In this document: positions 15,953 to 20,000 of the stretch, piece after piece
Layout: each line of letters begins with the position of its first letter
How positions within the stretch are numbered: the stretch's first letter is position 1
Origin: an uncultured virus (IMG/VR IMGVR_UViG_3300025009_000095)
Lineage: Duplodnaviria > Heunggongvirae > Uroviricota > Caudoviricetes
DNA length: 20,000 bases
Virus record (IMG/VR): IMGVR_UViG_3300025009_000095
Reading direction: 5' to 3' (one strand)
The notes under the pieces: model-generated
The model's input: only the letters and a program-made list of their open reading frames with translations
Told to the model about the DNA's origin: nothing
The model's database searches: none
Position numbers and translations under genes: made by a program

Positions 15953-18079
15953 ATGAAAAAAATATTGTTAGTAGCGGCACTGTTACTCGTAGCTTCTCCA
16001 GTTTTTGCAGAACAAGGGGACATCACGGTTGGGACCGCTGAAGCAAGCGCCAGCCTTGATACGAACTTTGCTAATGCTCAAGCAAACTTTACTGAGTTGT
16101 ATGGATGGGTAGACCAGGGGGTAAAATCTACGAATTCGCCAGTCTTTGCAGGTGTAAACCTTGGAGTTGCTTCAACCACAACAGGACTGCTTAACTTCTA
16201 CGGCAACACCAAGGCATTCCCTTTCGGGCTGTTCTCCCAAGGTGCTGACTCTCCTGGGATAGGACTTCGCCTTCCTTCTACAATGCCAACCGTGACATCA
16301 ATTTTTATAGCTGATACTAATGGTTATATGGATTATCTCGATCCAGCAGGGTTTGCCGCAGCTCTCACCTCTGACCAGAATTACGTGTCAGACGCGCAGA
16401 TTACACTGCTCGAAAATACATCCGGGTCGAACACCGGAGATCAAAGCGGAGCAACAGTAGCTTTTGCCGATACTGATAACCTATTCACAGCGACGATGAT
16501 CGGTCCGGCAATAGAGGAATTTAACGACTCCATCAATTCAGGCGTTCCAAATAGCACCGGAGCAAAGGTGCATTGGTCGCAGATCGCAGGGATGCCGGCC
16601 GTTTTTGCTGATGGTACGGATGATGGAGCTGCCGGAGAAGGAATATCCCACGCTACTTCTGATGGGGCATATTACGCCTCGAAAGACGGAGCGTGGGCCA
16701 GCCTTACAGGTCTATATCTGGCCGCAGGTGGCACTGCGGCAAACTCAGCTCTTCTCGAAAATCATGCTGCCAGTTACTTCCAAACAGCACTTACTGATCC
16801 ATTAGTCAGAGCAGACATAGACGATATTCCGGTAAACAGTGAGATCACTGGTCCAGTTTCTTCTAACTGGGCGTATGACCACGGCGCTGCCGCTGACCCA
16901 CATATCGGTTATGCACTTGAGAGTGCACTCGGCACAGCATCATCGCGCAACGCAGAGGATACCCTAACCGATGGGAGCAATCTCCCAGATGGTGCGGCGA
17001 TCAAAGCGTATGGTGATGCAAATTGGGGCGGCGGATCTCTCCCGGATGGCACAGCAACCAACCAGCTTCTCCAGTGGAGTGGAACAGCGTGGGCACCAGT
17101 TAGTACAATCGCAGGTATAGGGAATATCTCAGGGGCGGGATCATATAATAAAGTAACGGTGACAGAGCCTGCAACAGGCGCGACACTCACCTTGGCTGAT
17201 GGTTCAACGCTGGCTACATCAGGGGCGTATTCACTTACACTGACTCAAACAGGCAACAGCAACGTAACATTACCGACCGCAGGCACTCTGGCAACGCTTT
17301 CCGATATCCCGGCTGGTTCTCTGCCAACCTGTTCCGTAGATACCCAGACGGTTGAGTGGGATACTACAACAAGCGATTGGATATGTGTTGATACGGTCAG
17401 CATTACAGCGGGAACGGGCATCACAATTAGCTCTGGTGCGATTTCTGTAACAGCCAACACGTACCAGCCACTTGACAGCGATCTGACCTCTATCGCCGCA
17501 CTCACTACTAATGCCGTGGGCTTGAGCCTCCTTGACGACACGTCAACCTCTGCCCTGAGAACATCCATCGGCATGACAGCGAACGGGTCTTCTCTGGTCG
17601 TTGCGGCTGATTACGCAGCCATGCGGACCTTGCTTGATCTGGAGGCAGGAACCGACTTCAACTCTTATGATGAGGATTTGACAGACCTCGCAGACGGTTC
17701 ACTTTCCGGCTCAAAAGTAGGCACCGGAATAAACGGCGATAACGTGACATCCGGGACAATTGCTGATGCTCGGATTGCGTCAACAATCACCCGCACAGTA
17801 GCATCCGGCACGTCCGCCCTTGGTACCACAGAAATAGCTTCAGGCGCGTGTGCTTCTGCCGTGACGACCTCCGCTACTGGAACCGCAACGACTGATGTTA
17901 TCAATTGGGGATTTAATGGCGATCCTACAGGCGTGACAGGGTATGCACCGACAGCGAACGGGATGCTGACAATTATTGCTTATCCGAGTGCGGATAATGT
18001 GAATTATCGTGTCTGCAATTTAACCGCTGCCGCTATTACTCCCGGAGCTATTACTTTAAATTGGAGAATCCAGCGATGA
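15953..18079 (+). CDS. signal-peptide-bearing tail-fibre-like mosaic protein
   Basis: MKKILLVAALLLVASPVFA|EQ signal; fibre-like motifs AANSALLENHAASYF, HGAAADPHIGY, YQPLDSDLTSIAAL, AAMRTLLDL; A/T/S/G-rich. Confidence 0.7.
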   Translation: MKKILLVAALLLVASPVFAEQGDITVGTAEASASLDTNFANAQANFTELYGWVDQGVKSTNSPVFAGVNLGVASTTTGLLNFYGNTKAFPFGLFSQGADSPGIGLRLPSTMPTVTSIFIADTNGYMDYLDPAGFAAALTSDQNYVSDAQITLLENTSGSNTGDQSGATVAFADTDNLFTATMIGPAIEEFNDSINSGVPNSTGAKVHWSQIAGMPAVFADGTDDGAAGEGISHATSDGAYYASKDGAWASLTGLYLAAGGTAANSALLENHAASYFQTALTDPLVRADIDDIPVNSEITGPVSSNWAYDHGAAADPHIGYALESALGTASSRNAEDTLTDGSNLPDGAAIKAYGDANWGGGSLPDGTATNQLLQWSGTAWAPVSTIAGIGNISGAGSYNKVTVTEPATGATLTLADGSTLATSGAYSLTLTQTGNSNVTLPTAGTLATLSDIPAGSLPTCSVDTQTVEWDTTTSDWICVDTVSITAGTGITISSGAISVTANTYQPLDSDLTSIAALTTNAVGLSLLDDTSTSALRTSIGMTANGSSLVVAADYAAMRTLLDLEAGTDFNSYDEDLTDLADGSLSGSKVGTGINGDNVTSGTIADARIASTITRTVASGTSALGTTEIASGACASAVTTSATGTATTDVINWGFNGDPTGVTGYAPTANGMLTIIAYPSADNVNYRVCNLTAAAITPGAITLNWRIQR

Positions 18080-18744
18080 TCAGGAAATTACTCTTTCTCA
18101 CTCTCGCTTTCTTTCTCCCAACTCTGACCTTTGCGGGGCAGGGGATGGGGCCGGGGCCTGGCTTTAAGACGTATTCTGCTGCGTCGTCCGGGATATCAGA
18201 TGATTTCTCGGCTGATACATCTGCAAATTATACCGCAATAACAGGGACTATAAATATTGCTGCTGGGACAATCGGCGGTGATTCGAACTGGCAGTACAAC
18301 TATTTTTACAACAAGACAGCTACAGGCTCAAATGATCATTTCGTCCAGGCTGATCTCGCCCCATCTGAAGCCACCTCTGCGGGCGGGGCGTTGCTGTTGC
18401 TTCGCAGTGATGGAACCACTGGATATATAGTCAATGTAACAAGCGGCGTTGAAAGGATATATCTTCGCAGGTTTAATGGTGGAACGGTAACTGATATTGA
18501 CTGGATATCAACAATTGATGCAATAGCCAATCAGGTTTACAGGGTTAAGGTTTCTGTCAGCGGCTCGACCTTTAGTTTTTATATCGACCATAATTCAGAT
18601 GGTGATTTTGATGATGCAAATGAATCGCTCGGGACAAAAACAGATGCTACCTACTCGACCGGCCAGTACATCGGCATAGGCGCAAACCGTGGCGCAGATG
18701 GAGTTGATTACCGAGGCGATAACCTCTCTGGTGATGCATTATGA
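18076..18744 (+). CDS. secreted beta-sandwich (ConA lectin/glucanase-like) protein
   Basis: ATG at 18076 (ATGA overlap, GGAG upstream); signal MIRKLLFLTLAFFLPTLTFA|GQ; Ca-binding-like loop IDHNSDGDFDDANE. Confidence 0.6.
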   Translation: MIRKLLFLTLAFFLPTLTFAGQGMGPGPGFKTYSAASSGISDDFSADTSANYTAITGTINIAAGTIGGDSNWQYNYFYNKTATGSNDHFVQADLAPSEATSAGGALLLLRSDGTTGYIVNVTSGVERIYLRRFNGGTVTDIDWISTIDAIANQVYRVKVSVSGSTFSFYIDHNSDGDFDDANESLGTKTDATYSTGQYIGIGANRGADGVDYRGDNLSGDAL

Positions 18745-20000
18745 TCCTCATCTTGCTCGTTGGCCTGCTGCTATTCCCCACTGATGCGTGGTCGGTCGAT
18801 TATCACATCGGGCCAGGACAGACATATACTACCATCGGTGCCGCGCCGTGGTCCTCGCTTGTGGCAGGAGACAATATCTACATCCACGCCAAAGCCGATC
18901 AAGCCCCGTATTATGAGCATATCTATATCTCTGCTGTCTTGCAAGGTACGGAGGCAAACCCGATAGACATTGTTGGAGTGCCTGACGGTTCTGGGAACCG
19001 CCCTATTATTGACGGAGCCAATTCAACCACAGGCCCAAACTTTGCGCCCTACGGTGATCCTCAGTATCACTCTGCATTGGGGCTGCTTTTTTTTGGACCA
19101 TCTACCGGGGATGCCGACTCGTCACCGGCATGGGTTACAGTCAGCAACCTGGAAATCAGAAATTATACAGACGTTACCACCACAGACGAAAACAGCCTTA
19201 CACGCAATAGCTACAGCGCCTCGACTGTCTATTTTCAGGGTGGTGTCAATATCACCCTCGATAATCTGATAATCACCGAGGGCACTGATGGTATTTTCGC
19301 CAAGGACGGCTTGTCAAACGTCGAGAATATAACCGTAAAAAATTGTTACATCCACAACAACGGCGTAGTCGGAGACTATCTCTATCATAATATTTACACT
19401 GAGGTTGAAGGGATTATTTTTGAGGGAAATTATTTTGGTCCGCCGATATCTGGCTCCCCTGGGAACAATATTAAGGACCGCTCGTCTGGTTTTGTTTTTC
19501 GCTATAACTACGTCCACAACGGAGGACACCTGCTTGACTTGGTAGAGTGTCAGGATGAGTGTGTTGATCATACAGCAGATCTTAGATGGGATGATGCCTG
19601 GGTATACGGAAACATTTTTTATGCAGGCGGAGACGGTCCAGGATATCTCGTCCATCTCGGGACAGGTGATACGGGGGCGAACCCTGATTACTGGCGGAAA
19701 AACCTTTATTTTTACCACAACACAGTAGTGGTTGACCGTGACCAGGCAGAAACATATTCCATTTCGCTATTCCAACTATCTGGAAGCGATCAGAACGTTT
19801 ACATGGATAACAACCTGATTCACGTCGCTCCCTCCACGACAGGGCAACCAGTAACGGAATTTGTCCTGCAATACGATGGGTCTGGCTCAACTTTTGCGGA
19901 TGGAAATATTACAATGGGGCCAAACTGGATATCTCCAGGGTGGCTCAATACGAGGACAGGCACTACCCTGGTTGGAACCATAACCGGGGCAGCGGACATC
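18741..20000 (+). CDS. secreted right-handed parallel beta-helix protein (putative polysaccharide lyase/depolymerase), 3' truncated; not in ORF track
   Basis: Open for 420 codons to the window end; ATGA overlap; signal MILILLVGLLLFPTDAWS|VD; YHIGPGQTYTTI, LVAGDNIYIH, RPIIDG, NITVKNCYIHNNG, HNIYTE, GNNIKDRS, FYHNTVV Asn-ladder repeats. Confidence 0.8.
   Translation, partial: MILILLVGLLLFPTDAWSVDYHIGPGQTYTTIGAAPWSSLVAGDNIYIHAKADQAPYYEHIYISAVLQGTEANPIDIVGVPDGSGNRPIIDGANSTTGPNFAPYGDPQYHSALGLLFFGPSTGDADSSPAWVTVSNLEIRNYTDVTTTDENSLTRNSYSASTVYFQGGVNITLDNLIITEGTDGIFAKDGLSNVENITVKNCYIHNNGVVGDYLYHNIYTEVEGIIFEGNYFGPPISGSPGNNIKDRSSGFVFRYNYVHNGGHLLDLVECQDECVDHTADLRWDDAWVYGNIFYAGGDGPGYLVHLGTGDTGANPDYWRKNLYFYHNTVVVDRDQAETYSISLFQLSGSDQNVYMDNNLIHVAPSTTGQPVTEFVLQYDGSGSTFADGNITMGPNWISPGWLNTRTGTTLVGTITGAADI

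Noticed and set aside
18760..19890. Track ORFs 18760..18966, 18970..19269, 19314..19718 and 19582..19890
   Set aside because: Alternative frames over the real open frame 18741..>20000
15953..20000. Diversity-generating retroelement target
   Set aside because: No reverse transcriptase and no TR/VR repeat pair visible in the window

Overview
Segment of a tailed dsDNA phage or prophage with a podovirus-like head module. The left ~5.4 kb is a minus-strand arm of small, probably early genes. It includes CxxC zinc-finger proteins, two small membrane proteins and a pair of paralogous RHH-like proteins, and carries clear sigma70 promoters. A highly ordered non-coding repeat element sits at ~4045-4540. 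It has phased GTTTAC iterons, a second repeated motif, and an 18-bp inverted repeat around an AT-rich core. From 6171 the plus strand encodes small terminase, P22-type large terminase, portal, small head proteins, a GroES co-chaperonin, scaffold, probable cement protein and major capsid protein. Right after the capsid genes, base composition shifts at ~15580. Three closely linked genes follow that all begin with Sec-type signal peptides: a tail-fibre-motif mosaic, a lectin-like beta-sandwich protein, and a right-handed beta-helix protein truncated by the window end. All family calls come from recognised motifs and gene order; no database searches were run.
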